A DNA stretch of 64,000 bases. Origin: Octopus sinensis (Eukaryota). The stretch is taken from positions 3,100,001-3,164,000 of the forward strand of contig NC_043019.1 of assembly GCF_006345805.1 (NCBI RefSeq), read 5' to 3'. Shown here piece by piece: positions 12,164 to 26,300 of the stretch. The position numbers and the translations under genes are program-made. A model generated the notes under the pieces. That model did not search any database. It worked only from the letters and a program-made list of their open reading frames with translations, and was not told where the DNA came from. Position 1 is the first letter of the stretch. Every line of letters starts with the position of its first letter.

Positions 12164-14618
12164 CTGTGGACAAGAATACAGATAATCTTTTAATGGCTGG
12201 GTTTTTAGAATAATGTATATGTTAATTCACTTCCTATTTCACTGAAGTTGAATATTTATATTTTAGGCAAATCAGTTTTCTTTGAATGACTAATTAAATA
12301 TTAAAGTTATTTCAAATGAATGTTTAAAAACAAAAACAAACAAACAAAAAATTTACTTCAGAAAATTTATGACTAATTGGGAAGATAAACTAAATGGTAA
12401 TCTTTCAAACATAGCTATCACAAACTTTAAACCTAATGTCCAATGACAAATTATATATTATTCTGATTCAACAGTTAATCTGATAACAACCTCGAGAGTG
12501 TTCAGCTTCATTGTACATATTACGATACAGCATAGTAGCTCCCTTAATATCCTTCTTATTTACAAACAGTATTTATTTTTTCTATTTTGAAGTGTTTTTT
12601 TCTTATATCTGCATTGTCCAATTATTGACTGAGTGAAACTAATAAAAAGACAATGTAACTTAATATGTCTCACAAAAAAAAGAATCTTTAAATTTTCAAT
12701 ATTGTTATATTCAGAAGTAAAATGTTACATTCATCACATTTTAATAATTAATTTTAATCTCTCAGATATTGCCATAATTGCATTTCACAGTTGTATATAA
12801 ATGCATCAAACTGTTGTGTATAAATCTAGAGAAAGCAAGACGCAAAACTAAGTTTATAAGAAAACATCATCAACAGCTTAAGTTTATATCTAGATAACAG
12901 CTTTGATTCTCTACAAAGGAAAAAACAACATAAGGCTAAATATTGTAAAAAAAACCTTAGCTTCATTTGTTAGCTTGCCTAATTCCACATATGGAATACT
13001 ACTTACAATAAAGTAACATCCTATATAGGGATAAAACCACAACTGGTTATAGTACGGAAGTGTATGACTAGGCAGACTGAAGATGTCATAGAAAGAAAAC
13101 AGACATTTACAATGATTTATCATTAACATCACTAAATAACAATTAAATGACAGACACAACAATCAAATTTCATCAAAACAAGAAACAAATTAAATGTAAA
13201 CAAATATATATACATACATATACATATCTATTTTCACACATATATATGTATGTATGAATATATGTATGTATATATGTATACATATATATACATGCAGATA
13301 TATACATATATATACTATTAGGGAGTAAATCCAAACTTACAGGGAAAAATTAGATTTAGGATTAAATCTAATTTTACAGTATAAATATATATATTAAATT
13401 AGAGATAAAAATTAGAGATAAAACCACTATTAGGCAAATTAGGCATAATAGTGATTTTATCTCTAATTTAATATATATATGTATATATGCAATGCATAAT
13501 TATTTTTACAATCACACATAGATCTATATATATCTTTACATACACATATATGCAAACACACATATCTATATATATACACACACATTTAACATCATTAAAA
13601 ACAATTAAAAACAAACAAAAACAATCTTAATTTATCAAAGCAAGTGAAAAATTAGATGTAAACAAACAGTCCAGCAGAACAAGAGTTGGCTATAGCTTGA
13701 GTGAGTAATAAAGAGACAAAAGGTTGACAGTGATTATGAGTGTCAAGGCTTCATTTTTATAAGACGCTGCATGTTACAAGATAAGAATAGACCTCTGTAG
13801 CAGTTTTGTGGATTTGGTAGCTGGTTGACCATTAATGCATGTGGTGCTAACAAGCATGTGTAATGAAGCAATAACTGTGTGCTGCAGGTGAGCAAAGGTA
13901 TTATCAACCTTGCCGATATCTACTCAGAGACCTATGCAAAGTTTTCAGCAAACTGTCACCCTTCTCGACAAAATCAAGGAGATCTTGTGCAAATGAAACC
14001 TGAGTGTCTTTTTGGTAGCTGAAAGCAGTTTTAGTACAAAATTGGCAGACACATGTCCGATACCCATATCTTCAGTGATAATGGACTGTAATTAATTTGC
14101 ACATCCTCTAATAACACAAGGATGGTGATTTGATGAATTTCCCTCGCAGCTGTGTGCACGTCTGCAATGCGGTTCTCCAAGGAAGTTCATCAATATCGAC
14201 ATTTTTCCAGTCGCACACTTCCCTCCATAAAATTTCTGCAACTTTGAGTAGTCCTCTGGGCAGGTATTTCCATGAAAACTTTTTGTCATGGCTAATGCAA
14301 TGATCAAATGTTATACACCTTCCTTCCAAGCACTGTTGTATTATATATACATATATATATCCTTTCAAGCACTGCTATATTTTATATATCATCATCATTT
14401 AGCGTCCGCTTTCCATGCTAGCATGGGTTGGACGGTTCAACTGGGGTCTGTGAAGCTCGAAGGCTTCGTCAGGCCCAGTCAGATCTGGCAGTGTTTCTAC
14501 GGCTGGATGCCCTTCCTAACACCAACCACTCCGTGAGTGTAGTGGGTGCTTTTTACGTGCCACCTGCACAGGTGCCAGACAGAGCTGGCAAACGGCCACG
14601 AACGGATGGTGCTTTTAC

Positions 14619-14659
<41 letters not shown>

Positions 14660-15312
14660 TATATACATACATATATTTATATACACATATACATATATCT
14701 ATATACATGTACACCTACTACAGATTTGGTTGCCTAAGCAGCGGAAGCTACCAACTACTTTTGGTTTTCCCCCTGGCATGTGATGGAAGCTGTTTTCTGT
14801 ACATGTTTGGAGTGTATTGCCCCTGTGCCACACACAAAAATTACCTTCCCAGTTACATTATATATATATATATATACATTCTTTTACTTGTTTCAGTCAT
14901 TTGACTGTGGTCATACTGGAGCATCACTTTAAGCCGAGTAAATGAATCCCAGGACTTATTTTTTGTAAGCCTAGTACTTAATCTATCGGTCTCTTTTGCC
15001 GAACAGGTAAATTACGGGTACGTAAACACTCCAACTTCAGTTGTCAAGCGATGTTGGGGGGACAAACAAACACACACATACACATATATAAACATATACA
15101 CACACATACATACATACATATATATATATATATCTTTATAAGAATTTATCAAGTAGTTAGCGTGAAAAATCTCATAAGAGGAAAAAACCATCAATTTTTC
15201 TCTGATATGTATTTATATTATATAGAGGGCATTACTATACATAAATGCCACAATCTAGGACTTTAAGAGTCCTAGTATGTGGCATTTATGTATAGTAATG
15301 CCCTCTATATAA

Positions 15313-15347
<35 letters not shown>

Positions 15348-15496
15348 TACATACGTCTACCAAATCTACTCACAAGGCTTTGGTCGGCCTGAAGCTATAG
15401 TAGAAGACACTTGCTCAAGATGCCATGCAGTGGGACAGAACCCGGAACTGTGTGGTTGGTAAGCAAGCTACTTATGACACAACCACACCTGCATAC

Positions 15497-15558
<62 letters not shown>

Positions 15559-18500
15559 CATGTATATATTTTATATATAATATATATTGCATGTATATAA
15601 GTTCTTCCGAAGGTCTGGTAAGCAATAAAATAGACAAGACTCTACCTATTTCAGGTAAATGACTCTGCTTGATAAGTAAGAAAAGTGTAACCAGGAATTA
15701 TACATGGTGTACCCATTACAAGCTACGGACACACAAGAGGTGAAATGGAATTACAGGAAAATTAAAATAGAAAGTAGTGTTTGTACAGAATGCTCTTTTG
15801 GATGTGCACTGTCAGTGTAAATGTAAGACACAGTGCCAGTATTGACAGAAAAGTTAGGTATAAGAGGAATTAGACAAAGTATGCAAGAGAGAGAAGACTG
15901 TGCTGGTTTGGTCATGAGATGCATATAGATGTAGACAGTTGCATAAAGAAATGCCAATCACTTAAAGTGGATGGAAGACATGGGATGAAGTATTGAAAGC
16001 TGATCTCAAGATGCTGTGCTTTACAGAGGAGATGACAAAGGACTGAGATAAGAAGTCCCACCCACTACAGCCAACATGTGATCCTAAACCACCATAGCAA
16101 TGTAGAGTTCTGCCCCATCTCCTATCTCTCTGCTCCATTAAGTATTTCCCTTACATTTCATTGTAACATTCATCACTTCTCTATCAATGGTACTTCTCTG
16201 CTGCTGTAATCACCTGAGACCAATATAGACCCCTCGTTTTTTTTATTAACTTCTTCCCTACCTCCAGAACCACTTCCGTTTATCATTATCTTCCATGCCC
16301 ACTATTTCCACCAATTACCTCCGATCATGACCCATCCAATCGTGGCCGTTTGCCAGCCTCGTCTGGCACCTGTGCAGGTGGCACGTAAAAAGCACCCACT
16401 ACACTCATGGAGTGGTAGGCGTTAGGAAGGGCATCCAGCTGTAGAAACACTGCCGGATCAGACTGGGCCTGGCACAGCCTACTGGCTTCCCAGACCCCAG
16501 TTGAACCGTCCAACCCATGCTAGCATGGAAAACGGACGTTAAACGATGATGATGATGATGACCTCCATTTTGTGCCTTCAGCCATTGCTTTATCCCCTCT
16601 CCACCCTTAACACTTCTATCTCCTGTCACTCACACTGTTCTCATGTATCTACTATAGCCCCCATTCCTGAGCCACTCCTACCTACATCTCTCACTAACAC
16701 TTACTACAGTCACCTCTACCCCATCTTTCCTCATACTCTTATGAAACTTCCCTATCTATCCCCTCCAGCTCACTTGCTCTATCTAATCATTTGTACTATC
16801 ACTTTAAATATTTTCAGACATGTCCCACACCCGCACCGTATCTTGAGGGTATATCTCAATACATTTCTTCCACCAACTCTTTCTGTGTCTCTCTATCTTT
16901 CTAATGCTTTCTCTCTCTCCCTCTCAGTCTCAATCATTCTCTCCTCTTTCTCTCCTTTCTTTTCCAAATGAGGTAGCCTTGTATCTTCTCAATGGCTTGA
17001 CACCTATCTTTAACATTCTATTATACTTCAACTTCTCATCATCTGGCCAAAGCTATTGCCCTCAATACAACATGGTGACCCCACAAGTGCTGGTGCCACA
17101 TAAAAAGCACACAATACACTCTAAAAAGTGGTTGGCATTAGAAAGGACATTCAGCTGTAGAAACCATACCAAAGCAAACAACAAAGATTACTGCAGTCCT
17201 TTGACTTGCTGTCTCCTGTCAAACTGTCCAATCCATGCCAGCATGGAAAATAGCTATTAAATGATGATGATGTATGCGTGTGTGTATTATTACATAATCA
17301 CCAGACATACATTCTTTCACACTGATATAATGTAGTATTTACTTTGTAGTAACTGTGAGTATGTAGAAGTCTAGCCCTGTAAAGACAAAATTGCTTACAA
17401 ATTGGGCATTTGGAGTATTATTGTTACTGGGATTTCCTATTCTTGAATTTCATTTTTTAAATTTTTTGTATGAATATTTCCTTCTTTCACATCAAAGATA
17501 TAATTCTCCATGAATTAAGTGCTTTGGAATTCTTTCATGTTCCACATGAACTATACAGTCTACTCTCTCTTCCTGTGTGTGGGTGAACAGACAGACAGAT
17601 AGACAGACAAATAAGGTTAGGGCATTGCATTCATGATCTTACTATTGTGGTTTCAATTGCTAGACTATCTGCATTGTGTGTTCTGAGCATAACACTTCAT
17701 TTTACATTGCTCCAGTCCATTCAGTTGTAAATGAGTAACCCTTCACTTGAATGCAGCAACAATGCAAAGAAGTGCATTGTGACCAGCAGTATATAACAAC
17801 ATCCAACAGTCTAGTCAAAATACAGGGAGATAGATAGATATAAAATAGACACATCAACATGCATATTCTTACATGTATTTTCATAAACATACAAGCAAAC
17901 AAATGTATACATAAACAAAATATATGGACACAAACATTATAGCAAACAGTGCTAGTGAATATATAGTGATGAGCATGTACACACATATAGTTACATTAAT
18001 GCAGAATTAAATACATATACCTATGAACATATATAGTTAGAAAAATAACAACAAATAAAGTGTATAGACAGAAATATAGATCAAGATATACAGATGTACT
18101 CATGCCAACAAAAATCTACATACAACTAAAATATCAACAGGAAAACACAAAAATATCTTGGTTGCCCCTCACCCAATTAATATCTGATTTTAACACTTGT
18201 ATTAGATTGAACTTTTGCATTTCCAAGGATCCTAAAATGGTTAGGTGATTATAAAATTATATATAGAGAGAATATAAGCATGCTCAAATTTATTACTCTT
18301 TTATTTTGTAAATACTTGATTTTACTCAGTGCAGACTTATAAAATCTGTTTCAGCTAAAAATGTATGTATTCTAGATAAAAAATAAATTAAAATATATAT
18401 TATTCTATTATCTATTAAACCTTTATAGTGAGTTCTGATGGGTTGAAGCAAACTCATTATAAATATGCCTGAGATTCAATTTATATGCAAATAGAATTTG

Positions 18501-19630
18501 AGGAAAGAATCTGTCATATCTTCTCTAAACTGTCATTGTAATCCAATATAAGAAACTTTGTTTTTTGTAACATTTCTCGAGTTCAAACTATGCACTGATC
18601 AGCAGCTCTGAGAAGAGAATAAATGTCATAACATCTCTAAAAATATTTCTTCAATCCTATATAAGAAACAATTATTTATCAATATTACAATAGTTTAAAG
18701 TTATGCACAAAACAACAGTTTTAAAACTGTTATTAGATGTCTTGTTTACATGCTTTATGATTTTTAGTAGAATTATACTGTTTTTCAAATATCTTACCAG
18801 GTGTTGTTGGTTTACGAGTAGGAGGTATTGTCACTGTAGGTGGAATAGAAGGGGGTGCTGTTGAAAATATGAGAAATTGATGAAATGATATGAAATGTTA
18901 ATTTTCCAACTATGTTACTTATCAATAAGGAGATTAAAATGGTTTTAAAGTATAAGGATAAAACAATTCCCTCAGATTTAAATGTAATATAAATGAAGTG
19001 ATTTTATGGCACAAAAAACCCTACAGAATTTTTGGAACTTACTATAAGTATCAATATTAATTTTAACATGAAAATGACTAGCATTAAGTTTTCATTGAAT
19101 ATCAAACTACTGTTTTCTTCAGCTGCTAATGAAAAGGAAAATAGCATCATGCATAAACATCAACAAAATATAACAATAAAATGGAGAAATTAAAAAATAT
19201 AGACGATTAGAAGGCTTAAAACATGCATTTACCTTATATTATATTTAACCTCTCAAAATATAGTCATTTATTTGCATAATAATAATCATTTGCATAAGAA
19301 TGAAAAAAAGGAGGTTGGAATTTACAGAAAAAATACTATACCAGGAAAATTATTAAATATTCAAATGACACAAAAATAAAAAGTGACATTAATTTCCTAA
19401 ATAGAAAAGAGTGCTTATAGATAATAGATATACACAATTAATTCTAGACTCTTTTATTTTGGGATTATCCTATTTAGATCATAATTATACTGTGAGCCAC
19501 AATTATATTATGCAAGTTTTATAAATGAATTTTTAAACACTAATAATGAATTTTTAGTAATAAAATTTTGGATCACTTGATCCACAATTCTCTTAGCAAA
19601 GATCTATAATAAAATCTTAACAAAACAACA

Positions 19631-19716
<86 letters not shown>

Positions 19717-20303
19717 GTAGATAAGAAAGAACTGAGATTTAGTTGAATTAGGTACTTAAGTTGAAGCACCAAGTCTGTCCAGTATTATCCGCACCGCTCG
19801 AAGTAAGGTGAATAAAATCAAAATAAGCAACAGGATATCAAGAAGTGATGCAGTACAACTGTTTTAAGCAGCTCCATTTAATTCAATAATGCAATCATTA
19901 CATCAATTTAAATGCAGTGCTATCATCAGTTGCACAAATAAATACAATTTTAACCAGTTGGACACATTGATATAATTTTTCTCAAATACTTTAATGGAGC
20001 AAGAAACTGGAAGAAATCCTTTACAAGCTATGACCACAGCCGGCTCCAAGCCATTCTTAGAAGTCTAGTCTATTCTTAGCTACAATAGTGACAACATGAA
20101 TTTCTTCCATCTTCTTGCTCTGTTAAAGTATTTGAGAAAAATTATATTACTGTGTCCAGCTGGTTTAAATTCTGTTTATTTGTACAGCTGATGATAGCAC
20201 TGCATTTAAATTCATGCAATGACTGCATTGTTCAATTAAATGGAGCTGCTTGAAATAGTCATACTGCATCACTTCTTAATGTCCAGTTGCTTATTTTGAT
20301 TAT

Positions 20304-20348
<45 letters not shown>

Positions 20349-23300
20349 TAGACATAAGGATAAAAAAAATTTAGAAAGAATGTTGCAAGGTAATTGTTTA
20401 TATTTTTAAAGCTATCAAAAAATATATACAGAATATTTTAGCTGACAGTTAACAATGTGAATACCACAAAGAAGAGTGAAAGAAAACTAAACATATACCA
20501 AGACAAGGATGTAGTGAAATATAATAAAGGGTAAAAAATATTAGTTGTTGTAAAGAAATGAAACTTATTAGAAAAACTAATCACATACAGTGAAGGATAT
20601 GTTACAAAGTGGCATAAATTCAAAATAGTAAATTGCATAAGGTAGACAAATCAAATAATTTTACATATTTTAACAGTCAATTTACAGCAATTATGAATTA
20701 AAATGTATATACTACGTATTTAATATGTTGTTATCTATGTCTTTTATGCCTTTTCAAATATAGGTTTATATAATACTGATGGATATTTTTTCAGATATCT
20801 ATGTAAGAATAATTTTTTTTTAAATCTTCAATTTTATACTTTTGTTCACAAGCATATTTGCAAAGAATATCTTACCTGTAGGTATTGGTCGTCCTATGGA
20901 AAAAAATAAAAAAAAAGGAATATGAATTTAGAATTTAATTTTAAACAAAAACTACACATGTTACTACATTAAGGTGTGTGCGTATGTGTGTAAGTACATA
21001 CGTACATGTGTGTACATATTTGCACATACATGTGCACCTTGTTTGATGCTTGTGTACAAACAAAAATGCTACATGGTAGTACAAATGACCTTTAAAAGCT
21101 ATATAAGATAGGAGTGCTGTCAGTAAGGAGAGAGTTAGTATTAAGTACAGTAATGAATTTAAAGTACAGGTAAGAGTTCACTAGGGATTGGTTCTGAGTT
21201 CTGTCCTTTTCACCACTGTTCTCCAGGCCTTAACAGGAATTTAAGACCAGCTTGAGAAATATTATATGTGAGACCTTATTCTTATAGTGGAATTTATAGT
21301 GAAATTTGTAAAGAAATGCAAGGTTTTGAAGCAAAACCTGGAATTAAAGTGCTTTAAAGTTAAGTTTGCAATGACCTTAGTTCTAGTAAACAGGAAAGCA
21401 GACGAGACTCCAATTCCCCCAGGTAAATGTTCCTACTCAATATGTAAGAAGGAATTCAATATGAACACTGTGCAAACTATAGGCATACCAGAAGTGCAAT
21501 AGAATCATAGGAAGGTTAAAGGAGAAAGTAGCGTTTGTACGTGGAAGGTGTGTTGGAACAATGAACTCTAAGGACACATGGGAATTAAATTTTCAATTAT
21601 ATTTTTTTGGTTATTCTTTGTTTTTATTTATTTTCTAAAAATCGTTTTACTCTTTTCAGTCATTGGACTGTGGCCATGCTGGGACATTGTCTTGGTGTCC
21701 CAGCATGGCTGCAGTCCAATGATTGAAACAAGTAAAAAGATTTTTAGAAAATTTAAAAAAAAAACAAGAATAACCAAAATATTTAACTGGGGACAGGGGG
21801 TTATAAAAAAATTTCAAGAGATTTGGTTGTTATTTCTAGCATGTGGAGAGACCTTCTAAGCTTAAATTTATGCGCTGATTTAAAATCATTTAAAAAGATT
21901 CTGGGGTCAATACATTTGACTAATGACAACAATTAAAAAGAAAAAAGAACTGAAATATATCACAGAAGTGGTTTTGAGCAGGCTTAAAAAAATATTCTGG
22001 GCTTGAAAACATATTCTGCAAAAAAAAAAAATTATCTACAGTCATGGAAAAAGGGTAACTGCAAAAATGCAGAATTATTGGAGTAATGGGCATTCAAAAA
22101 TGTATGTATGTATAGAAATGCATGAATAAAGTCTTAAAGGTTTAACATTCAAATTAAGGAAGTGCAATGATAATGTTTAGCAGTTTAAAACTGCAAGTAG
22201 TGAAATGCTGAATTAGGTTGGCTTATTGTGAGAATCAAATATTGAGTGCTTCGCTAAAATCTGCCTGTGGTATGGGTTATTTCCCTTGGGTTGTTTAAAT
22301 AAAATATTAGTTATATGTAATAGATAGAAGGATCCATTGGAAGGGCCCTATTATCGATTTTTTTCAACAATCTAAGTATGTCACGAGGTTTCCAGACATG
22401 AGTTCTGCTCAGGTGTCAAATAAAATATAAAAGTGATATTATCTGCAAAAATTGGAAATTGGACACACAAAAATGAATATTCAAAGTAATCAAACATAGA
22501 CAATGAAATGGGTTAATGCCCGTGAGTATTAAAAAAAATTAGTTACACGAGGGAGATATAAAGGTCCCTTTCAGGAACCATATTACCGATTTCTTTCGAC
22601 AATCTAAGTATGTCATGAGGTTTCCAGACATAAGTTCTACTGACATGTCAAGTTTCATCAGAATCAATAAAACGATGTAGGAGTTAGCTGACAACACCAC
22701 AAACGCACAGCAATTTTCCACATGTATATAGCAATTATATAACTATATATATACAAACACATATATGTATACATATATACATACACACACACATGTATAA
22801 ATATATATATATATATACATACATACATATATTTTCACCATCATCATCACTGTTTAACATCTATTTCCCATGCTGGCATGGGTTGGATGTTTCGACTGGA
22901 CTGAGATCTGGAAAGCCAGAACACTGCACCACACTCCAGTCTGATCTGGTAATGTTTCTACAGCTGGATGCCCTTCCTAATGCGAACCACTCCGAGTGTA
23001 GTGGGTGCATTTTACATGCCACTGGCACAAGGGCCAGACAGGGCTGGCATCAACCATGATCACAGGGTGCTTTTAATGTCCCACCAAGACAAATGACTGT
23101 CAGGGCAAGAGGGCTAGCATCAACCATGTTCAGATGGTGCATTTTATGAGCCACCAGAGAGGAGACGACAGCTACAATTTAAATTTGATTGTCATTACAT
23201 TTCCTTTGATGTTGCTTTATTTCACTCAAAAAGTCTCCTCAAGTATGGCATGTCGCCCTACGATCCAAAGGTACCTTTAAAGTGGCTGGTTATGTGACAC

Positions 23301-26300
23301 TAGTGTATCTTACAGCTGTGATCTCACTATATTTGCAAGGTCGTCGAGGTCACAGCATATATACATACATATAAATATATACATATATATATATATTTAC
23401 ACATGTATATATACATATATATATATATATACATATATATACATATTTACACATGTATATATACATATATATATATATACATATATATACATATATCTAC
23501 AAATATACATATACATATATATATACATATATAAACACATATATATATACGAATACAAATACATATATATATATACATATATATATACATATACAAATAC
23601 ATATATATATATACATATACAAATACATATATATATACATATACAAATACATATATATACACATATTTCTATATACATATACATACATATATATATATAT
23701 ACATATATATATGCATATACATATTTATATATATACATACACATACACATATATATGTACATAAACATACATATATATGCAAACACAAATGTATATATAT
23801 CTATATATAAATATATATGTATATTATATATAAACATATATATATATACATACTGAGAATACATATATATATATACATATCAAGTGTATGAGAGGGATAA
23901 GATGGATGTCAGCATATACGTTTAATAAAATAGAATAAAGAGTTTGCATCTGTGTACAAAATCTACACACATGAACAATACACTTTACTGCACATTACTA
24001 TCTTCTCTGAATAGTGAGAATCACTGCTTGTAATAATTCTCTGAATGAAAACATATGGAAAATCTATACAACAATTCACACCTACTATCTTTATGTAGAA
24101 AGTAAATCCTTACTGGTTGTACATTGGCTATTAAAATCTTTGCTACACATTGATATCAAACGTGATGAGAATAAGATGGATGTCAGCATATACGTTTACT
24201 AAAAGGCAATAAAGGCTTTCTTAATGTCTCACCACCTCTCTTTGTCGTCATCTCAATTATAGGTGGCTGTCTAGTAGGTTCTGGTTGCCCTCCTTCCAAG
24301 GAAAAATAATCACAAAACTTAGTAATACTCCCATACATATCTATATTGAATGCAAGTGTAATGCTCTCTCACACTCCAACTATCAAGCACACACCTGTAC
24401 ATGAGTTTATCTATCTGACAATGAATCACTCACCCCACATTTGCACGTAAATAGAAGCATACTTATCTAGACGTAAATACACGTAAAAAAATGCATTTCA
24501 GCATATTGGAAAACATATGTATGTACATGCACATGTACATATATCTATACAGATATACGCCAATATACTGACAAGATATATACACATGTGAGTAAATGCA
24601 TACCTACACTGCAAATTATATATATATCTAGCTAGCCATTCATATATATATATGGATGTATGTATCTTTGTATTCATGTATAAACGTAGAGAAAACATAT
24701 ATGTTACAGGATAGTTATACAACAAATTGCCTATATAGGAAATAATGCATTAGGCCACACTTTCTCAGACTACATGCGTTGTCAGATTGACTTAAGCTTT
24801 TCACAAAAACATAAACTATGTACGAAATACACATCTCTTGAAAGTAGAGTAGGTTCTTGAAAATAACGCAATACAATATTCATTATCTCAAATTATATGA
24901 ATGAAATGTTAGAGTCTTTTCAAAACTATACAAGGAATATTATATGTTGAAAAGAAGAAATTGGTAAGATTTCAGTCGTTAAGTTTAATCAACGTCATTG
25001 GTGGTGGTAACAAATATAATTTCAAAGTATATAAATTAAGTTAGGAGCTGGTACATATCAACTTAAACGCTTATAATTAGTAAACGTATTATTGTAGACC
25101 ATTGCAAGTGGATTTTCTATAATATCCTGAAGTTCTACAAGCTTTCATCCAGTAATCAATGTTACATTCGACAACACAATTATAAACATTAGAAAAATTA
25201 TTGTAATTATGTCAAGTGTAGTTAAAATATATTAGGAAGGGCAATATGATTTAGATGTAGTAAAACATGAACTGTATATCACATTTGAAAGAAATAAGAA
25301 TATTGAGGAAGGAGAAGCAAATACCAACAGCATTAGTACATTAACAGCATTATTTTCATAAAGACACAAAGAAATGTTGTTTATCTAGTAACATATGGGT
25401 ATATTAGTAAGAGAGATTCGGAAGGAAACTTCCTACTCGATTATCACCATTTATAAAACATGTTATTTACTTATTCATAATTACTTCCACTTAACACAGC
25501 AATATCAAACATACAATCTTTCCATTAAGGGTGTGAGTCGTTGGAAATGAAGATAGACAACAGAAGGCAAAAAAGGTATGTTGCGTAAAACAATTCACAT
25601 TACGAGAGATTGTTAGCGTCGTTAGAAACGTCAATGGTAAATACTTGCACAAAACGTTAACTAAAGCTCAGACTTGAAAGTAACACAGTAGGAGATGGTG
25701 TTAAATATATCTTTGTAGAATAGCTGAGATTATATCATTGATTAGTAATGCTTTACAATACAACTTCGTTTTGTAATCACATGCTAATTGCTATACCTGG
25801 GCAATATTGCTCAAATATTCTTTCTTTCAGATTCGACAGTTCGTTGAAATCAGTCACAATAAACATGTTTTCGTCAACAGGTAATGAGGAAATCTGGCTC
25901 AATTCTGTAGTGTCACTGAGACCAATACCAATAGCATATATGTGGATGCCATCCTCTCTCACTTTCTTTGCTTCTGGAATAGTGTCGTAAGCATTGACGT
26001 TCGATACGCCGTCGGTGAGCAGAATGGCAATATTGGGAACGGACGGCCTGTCACCATTCTCTGTCGTGAACATTACTGTCCGCATGGTGTTAAGCCCGCC
26101 GTAAGTGTTTGTACTGCCGTAAACATATGGAATTTGGAGGACTGCATCGATTACTTCTTGCTTTGTTTGGAAAGCATTCAAATGGAATTGGATTTTCACG
26201 TCTGAACTGTAAAGGACTGCACCGATTCGAACATTGCCATTGTCAATGGAAGCAGCAGACACAAAATCAACAATGAAATTTAGCATTTTCTTGAAGTTTT

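Noticed and set aside
16560-16971. 141-aa [12 protein letters not shown]...
   Set aside because: It starts in a SINE (TGA)n tail and runs through pyrimidine-rich degenerate repeat sequence.
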